DNA of 64,000 nucleotides from Octopus sinensis (Eukaryota), in NCBI RefSeq assembly GCF_006345805.1, contig NC_043000.1, positions 7,192,001 through 7,256,000 on the forward strand, in the 5' to 3' direction. Positions 49,245-60,116 of the stretch are shown one piece after another. Within the stretch, counting starts at the first letter, position 1, and each line of letters starts with the position of its first letter. Under the pieces are notes generated by a model. It saw only the letters and a list, made by a program, of their open reading frames with translations, did no database searches and was not told where the DNA came from. A program made the translations under genes and the position numbers.

Positions 49245-49563
49245 TGGCCCCGTGTCGGTGGCATGTAAAAGCACCATCCGTTCGTGTCCGTTGCCAGCAT
49301 CGCCTGGCCCCGTGCCGGTGACACATAAAAGCACCATCCGTTCGTGGCCGTTCGCCAGCTCTGTCTGGCACCTGTGCAGGTGGCACGTAAAAAACACCCA
49401 CTACACTCGCGGAGTGGTTGGCGTTAGGAAGGGCATCCAGCCGTAGAAACACTGCCAGATCTGACTGGGCCTGACGAAGCCTTCCAGCTTCACAGACCCC
49501 AGTTGACCCGTCCAACCCATGCTAGCATAGAAAGCGGACGCTAAATGATGATGATGATGATGA
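49245..49563 (+). mobile_element. RTE 3'UTR/tail fragment, same subfamily as 2205-5695
   Basis: One A-type and one B-type unit of about 61 bp, and a tail nearly identical to 5524-5695. Confidence 0.88.
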
Positions 49564-49682
49564 TGGGGCCCTCTTTGAGAATCAGGGATTCTGACTTTTG
49601 TTTCAGCTGAACCCTTCTCTTAACAGCCTTGCTAGTGAGTTTAAGCTGCCTTATACTTATAGTACTAGTACTGGTAAGTTAT

Positions 49683-49970
49683 AGAAATTTCTATAAAGTT
49701 TTGGAAAGTTATTGAAAGTATGAGGACATTCTATAAAACCCTTGGAGGTTCTAGGAAGTTTTAGAAAGTAGTAGTCAATTCTATTATGTTCTTGAAAGTT
49801 CTAAGAAGTTCCAGGAAGTAGGCAAAATTTTTTAGATATTTGAAAACGCTTGAAAATTCTTTATCAGCTTATAATCCTGAGTCTGTTTGGAAATGTTCTG
49901 CAAAATATTATTGAGTTTACACTATTTAAATTAAATTACTGGAAAAGGCTAGAAAATTCTCGGAAGCTTA
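49683..49970. promoter_or_regulatory. Degenerate heat-shock-element array (alternating nGAAn/nTTCn pentamers)
   Basis: Phased runs at 49683-717, 49748-767, 49788-817, 49841-860 and 49941-965; perfect gTTCt-tGAAa-gTTCt at 49788-802. Probably LTR-derived. Confidence 0.6.
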
Positions 49971-50220
49971 ATTTTTATCAGCTATTCAGCACTGAATTTA
50001 TTTGGAAATAGATAATTTCAAAATTAACAGTACCAAATTCACACACAGAGTTTGAAGATAAGGATAATAGTTGTGTTGTTTCTTGTGCATTTTTAGGCAT
50101 GTGCAATAAGGAAATAACATGTACTGCCCAGGAACAGGGGGGAAAAATCGTAAACACCCCCTAGTTACATCGTATTAGCAGTACATTTATTAACAAAATC
50201 AATGTAATGATACAGTGAAA

Positions 50221-50365
50221 CACGACCGAAACTTAGAATTGATTACCAGAAGCTGCCAAGCGCTGTAACCTGATGACACTGAATATCGATAATAATTCAT
50301 TTGGGCAAACATCTATCACCTTTCTGGGGTATACAATTATGGATGGTGACATTCAAACCCAACCC
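50221..50365 (+). mobile_element. Gypsy LTR-retrotransposon RT relic
   Basis: HDRNLE..(frameshift)..EAAKRCNLMTLNIDNNSFGQTSITFLGYTIMDGDIQTQP resembles the Gypsy RT C-terminus HD.NL..FL.AA...NL..N..KC.F......FLGY.I..G.I.PDP. Confidence 0.65.
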
Positions 50366-50854
50366 TTACTGTTACTTCTGAACCTGTTGATCCATTGTCC
50401 TTTGTCAACCCGTGCTCGCTAAGAAAGTTTACCTCCCTCAATAGAAAAAAATAAAATGACTACTAACTGTTCCATTTGCAATGGAATAAGAACTAGATTC
50501 TATTTAAACAACATCTGATAAAAGCTACCTACACTTTTGAGAGATTCAACATTAATTTCTAGCGCTCTCTGCTATCAACAAAAATCGTTGACCGTTGATG
50601 ATTTTTTTTTTTTTTGCATTTGCTTGTAGCGACATATCACACAACAGCCGTTATTAATTGTATGTGCTAATTGTTTTACATTTTCAGTTGGACGAATACT
50701 GCTGCTTGATCTGAAATAAAGTCATTCAGATCAAGCAGTAATATTCAGGTTCCAAGAAAAACCCCCACTTTCTCACAAGAAAATGAAATCGCGTCTTGCT
50801 GCTGTTCTCCCTGCAAAAATTGCTTCGGACACAAAAATTAACAGTTGACTTATG

Positions 50855-51585
50855 GTAGCTAGCACTTGACAGTATTAGAACCCTATGTGCAGCTACTCAG
50901 ACAGACGTTCGTTCCGAAAAGGCGGTCCTCGAAATACGGATCTCAATCCCGACTTGTGCTGCTGACTTTGATGTAGTTCAGGTGAAACGATACCCACGTC
51001 TAAGTAAACTTGAACACACGTGGAAACAGAACTTTTTTAGAGGCCAATCCTGAATATGCCTTCGTCCACTACCCTAAAGTCGAGAGGCTACACTACAACT
51101 AAGTATCTAGCCCAAGGCACGTTTGCGATTAACCAGACTGAATCAATCAAATCCACAGCCTCCCCGTTCCACTCTATACTCTAATATAACGATACCCGAA
51201 ACTACTAATTATACGTCTGCTACAGTCAAACTGTCAACTTGCAGACCCCAGTCTACCTAGAACCATGAGTATTCATGCTAGAAGAAACATCTAAGCACTA
51301 TCCACATCCTTTTAAGACTGAGTACTAATTCCTCAGAATGTGGAATTGTTTATGAAGATTATTTCGTACTTTACTGTCTTAAAATTAAAAGTTAACTTAT
51401 GGTAGCTCGCACTTGACAGTATTAGAACCCTATGTGCAGCTACTCAGACAGACGTTCGTTCCGAAAAGGCGGTCCTCGAAATTCGGATCTCAATCCCGAC
51501 TTATTCTGCTGACTTTGATGTAGTTCAGGTGAAACAATACCCACGTCTAAGTAAACTTGAACCACACGTGGAAACAGAACTTTAC
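50855..51585 (+). mobile_element. Gypsy integrase C-terminal relic with a duplicated segment
   Basis: LDSIRTLCAATQT, KRRSS, SKLEPHVE.ELLEANPEYAFVHYP and KYLAQ match, across frameshifts, ALHSIRSLLCTATN...VEEVELLEANP.YA..RYPDGRE.TVS..HLAP. 50840-51040 is repeated at 51380-51585. Confidence 0.6.
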
Positions 51586-53560
51586 GTTGTTCTAACAGTT
51601 CTCTTTATTATTTAGATCAACAGCGCATATTTAGTCATGTTGTTGGCGGCTTTGTTATTATTTTACCCCGTAATTCAGACATTTGCGTGTTTCCCGTTTC
51701 GTCCGACTTCTCGGGGATCAGTTTGGTGAATGCTTTGGTGAATGCTGATTGGTTGACGTGAAACCGGTGAAACACGAAAATATTCCCCGTTGTTTGAATC
51801 GCTGCAAATATTTCAAAACAATTTCTAAAATGTGTGATGTTATAAAAAATATCAGGGATTGCTGTAAACATGTAGTATTGGAAATCAACCTTAATAAATC
51901 ATTCCGCCTGAAATACTAAAATGGAATTTTGTTAATTAACAGCTGTAAACAAAAATAATTCATGCCGAGTTCAGGTGTGACTTAATCTCGATTTCTGAAT
52001 GCGTTTTATTAGATTAGACAATATATTACAACTAAATTGTATCCTGATACTACAAGAGTAGCATTATTGTAAAGAAAATAAATTTTAATGAGTTATCAAA
52101 GAATTTATATGCACATCTCATCAAGTAAATAGACTTTAATTGTGTTTCTCTGGTGTTATAACGACACAACTAGTTGTGGGATGTGCAGCACTGCTATTTC
52201 AGAACTGTTACAGATATTTCCTAACAGGGAGCAGAAAAAGAAACTTTGAATGCAATTTTCCTTTATGATCTATTATATTACAGATAGAATATAATATTAA
52301 TATTTAAAATCCAGGTGATCTGCAAATCTCATTTGACACAAAATATTCGGCATCACACACACGCAATATACAACTAGTTTTATTTTGCAATTTCTTATTG
52401 CATAGTCCTTTATTAAATTCTTTTTACAATTAAGAGTTTAGTTATAATTTTATCCTGGATCCGATTTCAATTACAGTTTCAAGTTCTATAATAATAATAA
52501 TGATGATGATGATGATAATTCAAGATGCTGAAAATATTATAAAATGTGTTTTGCGAATCTTTGTTTATAAATTGTTTCGTAAACTTGTTATTGCTGACTT
52601 CTGTAAAGAGTGTAGTAGTTAGTAAAATGATAATGAACTTAATGGGAAATGTTTTAATGCTTAATATCTGACTATTGTTTTCACTGTTAAAGTTCAGATG
52701 ATTGAAGTATCGATTCCATAGTGATTCTTTGTAGCTTTACAAAAGTTTACAAAACCGGCCAGAAAATGAATAACGTTTCTTTTTTCAGTTTTCATCATCA
52801 ACAAAATTTTTACTTCAAGCATGATATTTCGTTAATAATATTACATGTTTTGAACAGTTTGTGTTGTGTGATTTAGCGATAAGCAATTTAATCACCTATT
52901 TCCTCCAACCTGCTTCTCCAAAACACGAAAATAATGTTGACAAACTTAGTGCATAACATGTGGCTGTGTGGTAAGAAGTTTGCTTCCCAACCACGTGGTT
53001 CTGAGTTCAGTCCTTCTGCGTAGCACTTTGGGCAAGCGTCCTCAACTATAACCCCAGGACGACCAAAGCCTTATTGGAGAATTTGATAGACAGAAACTGA
53101 AAAAAGCTTGTGTATGTGTACACAAGGGCGAGCGGGGCAAAATAGGTTTCAAGTTCTATAATAATAATGATATTATGAAACAGAATATACCCTTTACAAA
53201 TAACTATATCAGCTAAGCAAATGGCCTTCTCTAAATGCATTATAACATGATCTAATGACTATGAAAGACAAACTTGGCTGGGGCAAAATGAGTAAGACAA
53301 GATAATGTAAATTTGCTGCTTCAGTTCCCCACAAAACAGACTCATACACCTTAATTCCTGTCCTTAGACATGTAAAAAGAAGAAGAAAAAAATGAATATC
53401 TAGGTCAAAGGAATGAGGATCAGGGGAAAATGGCACATGATATGAAATTGACGAAACTCGACTGAATAAAAAACACTCAACATAGAATATTATCTATAAC
53501 TTCTTCACGATATGCTGGGGTGCCCTTTACGTGATGTATTTATTCACTATACTATTAGAC

Positions 53561-53738
53561 CATTGGTTTTCAACCAGGGTTCCGCAAGAAGTTACAAAAC
53601 TGCTAAAATCGGCAGTAATTTTTAAGTCTCCTGTGCAGATATGTGTGCATAAGATTATAAATTATTGCACTGGGGCTCCTCGAGCCAATGGAATGTTTCC
53701 TTGGGGTTCCGCTCCAGCAAAAACCTTGAAAAGCACTG
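53561..53738. mobile_element. hAT-like MITE
   Basis: TIRs cattggttttcaacc / ccttgaaaagcactg and an 8-bp near-TSD tattagac / tattagag. Confidence 0.72.
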
Positions 53739-54109
53739 TATTAGAGAGAGGAAATTATTGAAATTAGACATTACTCGTTTTAACCCAATTTTAGACATAT
53801 TTTGAAACTGGAAAATGATCAAACTAGGCATTAATGCGGGATAAAATTAACTTGGAATCCAACCGAGAAAAGAATATTGTTTGTTAAATACCAAAAATTA
53901 TGTAGATATTTTAGTAGCGACCTCAATTTCAAACTGGTCAATGTTGAGGGAAAGTTTCTTGAAAAAAGAAAAGTACCTGTCATCTGACTGTTTCGGACTC
54001 TCTCAGCTTCGACAACAACTATACTGACCAATTTTTACTCCTAAATATAATGTAGCAATACAAAATGATGGTGATTACTCATTTTATCCTTGATATTAAT
54101 TTTGCCCCA

Positions 54110-54372
54110 CCACATAATTCTTTGTAAGTCTAGTACTTATTCTATCGGTCATTTTTGCCGAACTGCTAAGTTACGGGGACGTAAACACACTAGCATCGGT
54201 TGTCAAGCGATAGTGGGGAACAAATACACACACACACACACATATATATATACATATACAAGATTCTTTCAGTTTCCGTCCATCAAATCCACTCACAAGG
54301 CTTTGGTCGGCCCTAGTAGAAGACACTTGCCCAAGGTGCCACACAGTGGTACTGAACCCGAAACCCGGAACC
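54110..54372 (-). mobile_element. SINE family A
   Basis: Reverse-complement homology. Further partial copies at about 23040-23210(-), 44850-45055(-), 48920-49225(-), 52958-53110(+) and 54800-54955(+). Confidence 0.82.
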
Positions 54373-55020
54373 ATTAGATATTAATTTTTTCTTCTTTGCA
54401 TTTCTCATCTTTCTTAGGATGGGAATGGATGTGTATGAGTTTGTTTTGTTGAGAACTGAAGCAGCACATTATCTTTTCTTATTCATTTTTCCCCAGCCAA
54501 ATTTGTCTTTCGTATGCTGAAAGAGAGCGGCAATAATTTTCTGAAATAGCGATCAGATGATGTTATAATGCTTTTTAATGCATTTAGGGAGGCCATTTGC
54601 TCAGCAAATATAATTTCTATAAAGTGGTTTGTAAAGAGTATATGTTGTCTGAAAGTCAAAAATGCAGTAAAAACACCTCATTTTGCCCCTATATATCTAT
54701 CATGGTAATATCTACTCTACAAAAAGTGCTTCAGTTTAATGTAGAATTGTTTTTATTTAAACTCGACATAAAAACAAACATTGCTTTGTGCCTTTGTCCC
54801 TGACCACCACTTGACAACCGGTGTCGATTTGTTTATGTCCCCTTAACTTAGCGGTTCGGCTGAGGGTCCAACAGAAGAAGTACCAGCCTTTAAAAAACCT
54901 TTCGAGGCGGTGCCCCAGCATGGCCGCAGTCCAATGACTGATAAAAGTGAAAAGAAAAAAACCCAGTTTTGTAATATAAAGAAGTTGAAGCTTTTTTTCT
55001 TTTCAGCTTACATCTTTATT

Positions 55021-55076
55021 GACCAATCAGCGACGCGTAGATATTTACTGCATACTTCCATGTTGTGACATGCGCA
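55021..55076 (+). promoter_or_regulatory. Probable hsf proximal promoter: CCAAT box and a TGCGCA (NRF1-like half site)
   Basis: gaCCAATcag at 55023-27 and caTGCGCAg at 55071-76, in CpG-richer sequence 220-270 bp upstream of the ATG. Confidence 0.45.
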
Positions 55077-55293
55077 GTACTGATAATGTCAGACATAAAA
55101 AGCTAAACATTGCATTTTAGCCATTGTGAAAAATCATCTCAAATCGTTATTATTATTTTTTTTTCTTGTGTCCAAGAAGCCACATCAAGGAGTAACTGCA
55201 TTCGTACGACCTTTTACCAAAATTGAAAGTGAGACCTTCCGGTCCTGCTCCAGAAATAAGGAATTTAACCTCTTTGGAAACCCCGAGTGTTAA

Positions 55294-55413
55294 ATGGTCT
55301 TGGAAATGTACCCAGCAACCGAAAATAATTCGGGGACGGTCCCTGCTTTTCTATCCAAACTATGGACGTTAGTGGAAGATCGTGCCTACGACGACCTCAT
55401 CAGTTGGGGAATG
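55294..55413 (+). CDS. hsf1: Heat shock factor, first coding exon (start of the DNA-binding domain): MVLEMYPATENNSGTVPAFLSKLWTLVEDRAYDDLISWGM
   Basis: VPAFL.KLW.LV.D....LI.W is the HSF DBD helix 1/strand 1. Donor ATG|GTTAGT (phase 0) sits where the first intron of animal HSF1 lies. Exon 2 was not found before 64000. Confidence 0.92.
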
Positions 55414-55877
55414 GTTAGTATTCCCAACTTCTCCTCCTTCCTCTTCTTCGCTGCTAAACTCTTGTGTTCCTCGCCCTCTTCTCTCCATTTGTTTTCTTTC
55501 ACTGATTGCGTCTCTATTTATTATTCTATACAAGCATGGCCGAACCATTGAAAGTTTGCTCGCTAAAACACGAGGTCCTTAGCTCGATCTCGTTGCATGG
55601 CACCTGAGACGAGTGCCTTTTATTACAGCCTAGGGTCGACGCAAGCCCCGTGAGTGAGAGGGAACAGTCGGAAAATGTGTATTTGGTGTGTTGTTATGCC
55701 TTTAAATCAAGGGGACAATGTGTCATCGCCTTGATTTCTGTCCGAAAAATTGCATTAAGGGCGCACGAGACGAGTATGTAGATTTATCGAAATAGGGAGT
55801 TCTTTTGATCTAACAACTGAATATTTATTGCCCAAACTAACGAAAGATCCGTCTATTTTACATATACATATATACGG

Positions 55878-55914
<37 letters not shown>

Positions 55915-58899
55915 TATATAGAGGGTACTATTATTCATAGGTACCGCACGCTAGGAGGGACTTTTACAGTCAAAACTACTAAAATAAACAAAAAAAAAAA
56001 AATATATATATATATATATAGTGTGTGTGTGTGTGTGTGTGTGTGTGCACGCACATCGACACATGTGAAAGGATGGTGCTTTGGTTTGCTTGGCTGATAT
56101 ATTCTTGGCAATGATTATTTATTTATTGCTATCCGGATCAGTCTCTCTCTAATTTGGCTTGGGTAGGCTTTTGCACAGCTCATTCCTATTTCGTTGGGGG
56201 CTGAGTTTCTAAACCCGACCAACTCCGCTCCTACACGTGACTCTGTTATGTATATTTTACTTGTTTTGGTCAATTAAAAAGGAATCTTGCTGTCGACATA
56301 TTTGGTTTCTGCTCGGCAACGTTTGGTTTCTTTCTTTTTGCGTTTTACTTTGCTTTTAATTGAGATACCTGCTGCCTATTTATCCAACCAGTTGTTTAAA
56401 GCATACAAACAGGTACCTCCCATTCGCTTGTTAAGCCACATGGTGATCCATTACTGCTTTATAAGTGTATGCTTGTGTGTGTATCTCAATAGTAATTTGT
56501 AATTTACTCTTTACCAAAATAAGTTTCTGCCCATTACTACGTTTATAGTATTTTCTCTTAGATTTTCAGTTCAGTTTTAAAATGAATTCGTTAAAAATAA
56601 ATCAAAAAAGACAAATTACCAGATGAAAAGTTTTCTTTTAACAAATATTTAAATATTGAAATTTTTTTTTTACAAAAACATATAAAGTGTAATTGTGACG
56701 ATGAATTCTCAGAAATCTTTTCGCTTCGTTTATAAATGTTTGCAGATGCTTTTATCTATAAATAACCCACATTTCAAATTTCAAATCATGTTATGGTTTG
56801 TTTTCACTTGCCTCTTCTGGTTTTCTTAATCGATAAATACAAAAGTATGAGATACTTTAGATAGGTTTTATCTTCTCTAGTTTGTAAGATTTTTGTTTAA
56901 ACTGCATCCAAACAATTATTTTAATTAGTGGTTTTACTACTAACACTTTAACATTTTGTTTTACTTTTCTACTTTACCAGTCGTTATAAGTCAATTACTT
57001 TTGCGGAGGAGAGGGTACAAATACATTAAAAAAGTTTTTAAAGAACTTGATCGATGAGATCCATAAAAGGGAAAATTCTATAACTATGTTTCTTAGTATT
57101 TTGAATGAAAGGACTAGAAAATAGACAATTCTTAAGGAAAGTGCAGATGTTTGCAACTTATTACCTAGCCTAGATACAGACACACACACACGTGTGTGCT
57201 TTGTAACTTATTAACTAGCATATATGCACACCTTTTTCTCTTTCTCCCCTCTCTCTATGTATGTGTATGATGTATATACATATATATATATATGAGGGAA
57301 AGATTTGTAGATTTCCTTTCCAATTATATAGTAATTCTAGCTTCTAGGTAAACTTTTTTTTACATTGTATCATCACAGAATGTGATATAATGTCAAATTA
57401 ATTCGAGAGACCCAATAGAAATAGTGGCCAGAGTTGATTGCAGTAACAATCGTCCAATCGTGTTATAACATGTGAAGGCCAGCTCTCATTGCCACAAGGC
57501 CGACATCACTTGCCAATTACTTCTGTCATCCACATTCATTCGATCTGCTAGAAACAGCAGCCAAATTTCTTTCACGTCCTATTAAAGAAAGAGATTACTG
57601 AATGATGCAAGTTGTGGCCAAGCAACGTCTGAAAATATGTTGGGGTGGTCATTAATGGAGTCGCTCACTTAGAACTCACCTGTAGCAACGTTTGCTATTT
57701 AGCTATCTGTCCTTAACCTCTATCCTTATCTATTTGCTCAGTTAAATTATTCAAGAAAAACCTTTTTCTAAATTTGTTTTTGAATGTGGAGTTGTCAGAC
57801 GCCGTATTAAATAACATTGAAGTCTGTTCTTTAATTTAGAAAATATATCGTTTATAGTCCTTCTATTAAAAAGGAAGGTGTGTGGATGAATATCTTTAAA
57901 GAATTGGCTTGAATTTAAAAACTTATCTCGTTACTTTTGTTCGTTAGCTCACTTCCTTGTCATGCTAATGAGACGGATAACAAATTGACAAAGGTGTGAG
58001 ATCTCGGCGATCGCTTAATATGCAGAAAGTAGCAACCTAAACGTCCTCAAACCACCTTTACCGTCTTTAAATTGGGGAGAACATGTTGGATAATGTATTT
58101 TATGTCGAGGATTCTCAACTTGGGTGTCATCGTATTGATAGTATATACTAGTAATTGATCTAAAAATCTACATATGATAGTGAGAAAGGAAAAATCATAA
58201 TACTATTTTTAATTAGCGTTACCGTGCTTTAAACGAATGTTGAGAGTATTAAATTTATATCGAGTTTGTGAAAAGAGTGGCTGAAGTATATATATATCTT
58301 TTATTTATATTTGTCAACCTCTTTTTTCCAGTCATTCGCATGCTGGACAGCTGAAACCTACTAGGTTTTTTAAAAATTTTCTTTTATTCCTTTCTGTTGA
58401 AGAGCATACGTTCGAAATGTAAAAGACTTTTCCATTTCCCCCGAGCGTCAAACTAATACATTTGCTTGTTGTTCATACACCTGTCTTCGTCTTTTGTTTT
58501 TCTATAAATCTCAACTATATATATATATATATATATATTGTTGTTTATGTATGTTTATATATGTATGTATGTATAGACATGTATATATGTATGTATGTAT
58601 AGACATGTATATATATATGTATGTATACACATGTATATATATTTGTATACACACGTGTATATATATATATATATATATAGTTCAAATTTACAGAAAAAAG
58701 GGGGAAGACAGGTGAGGGAACAACAAGCAGGTGTATAACTTTAACATTTGGGATGGATGGAAAAGTCTTTGACGTTTCGAGCCTAAACTCTTTGACTGAA
58801 AGGATTGAGACGGTAAAATGGAGAGTGAACGAAAAAATGTGTAGAGATTAACGGTTCACCATGATGAAATGACCCAGAGATATAACACACACACACATC

Positions 58900-59300
58900 T
58901 TTTGTTTCAGTCATTTGACTGCAGCCATGCTGGAGCATCACCTCGAAGAGTCTTAGTCAAACCAATCGATCCCAGGACTTGTTCTTTTAAAGCCTAGTAC
59001 TTATTCTATTGGTCAAACTGTCCAACCCATGGACGGTTTGACCTGGAAGGAAGACATTAAATGATGATGATGTCTCTTTTGTCGAACTTTAAGTTACGGG
59101 GACGTAAACACACCAGCACCGGATTTTTTTTTGCGGTGGTGGGGTACAGACACACACACAACTGGCTTCTTTCAGTTTCCGTCTACCAAATCCACTCAAG
59201 ACTGGTCTACCTGAGGCTGTAGTAGAAGACACTTGCCCAAGGTGCCACACAGTGGGACTGAATCCAGAACCATGTGGAAGCAAGCTTCTTACCACTCACA
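58900..59300 (-). mobile_element. SINE family A with a short nested RTE-tail piece (about 59015-59075)
   Basis: Reverse-complement homology interrupted by ccaacccatgg...aaatgatgatga. Confidence 0.78.
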
Positions 59301-60043
59301 CTCATACATGCGAATACTAATGACATATTAATTAGGTGTTTGTTTTAGACCAATGGTTCTTAAACAAAGCCTCTTAAAATCGGTGTTGCTCCTAACGAGA
59401 AGAGAAAGTAGGGTTTACATCCATATAAATCTTTCTTCACCATGGTTGGACAAATTTACAGAAGTTCAAAACTTGGAATCCTATATATTCATTCGAGTTT
59501 ATCTACTCCCTTCCTCAGGGGCGGGGAAGTGGTGGTAATTGCCCCTTCTGTACGAGAAACACTGGTCTAGGCTCAAGTCGTTTCGATCTGATTACCCCCT
59601 CTTTCTTATAGGTAGGGTTTGAATATCGAATGCGATTCCAACGAGATCTCTTTGCCGATTTGGCGAGGTGAATGACCGCTCCAGTGGCTTCCCTGTCCGT
59701 TAAAGATCAGCTGTCTGGGTTTCGTACACTTTTAATACAACGCTTCCTCTGTAAAAGGGCTTCTGCCAGTCTTCTTTTTTTTACTTTTTATAAAGTTAAA
59801 TTAACTGATGATTACTTTTCCTTCTATTATCACCTGTCGATAATGACACAAGTCTACCTGATCCTCTATTCATATCGTGAATGCTCCGTAAATAAAATTA
59901 TACTCTATCTTAACGCTGTTTTGCATTGAAGTGGCATTGCGTAATCAGACAATTTTTACCAGTATAGGGCTATGTTGTGTATGTGAGTGTATATATGTAT
60001 GTTTGTAATGTATATATATATGTATATATGTATGTTTGTAATG

Positions 60044-60116
<73 letters not shown>

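Noticed and set aside
50840-51585. TRIM or short-LTR element defined by the 200-bp direct repeats
   Set aside because: No TG...CA ends, PBS or PPT are evident, and the repeats translate as integrase.
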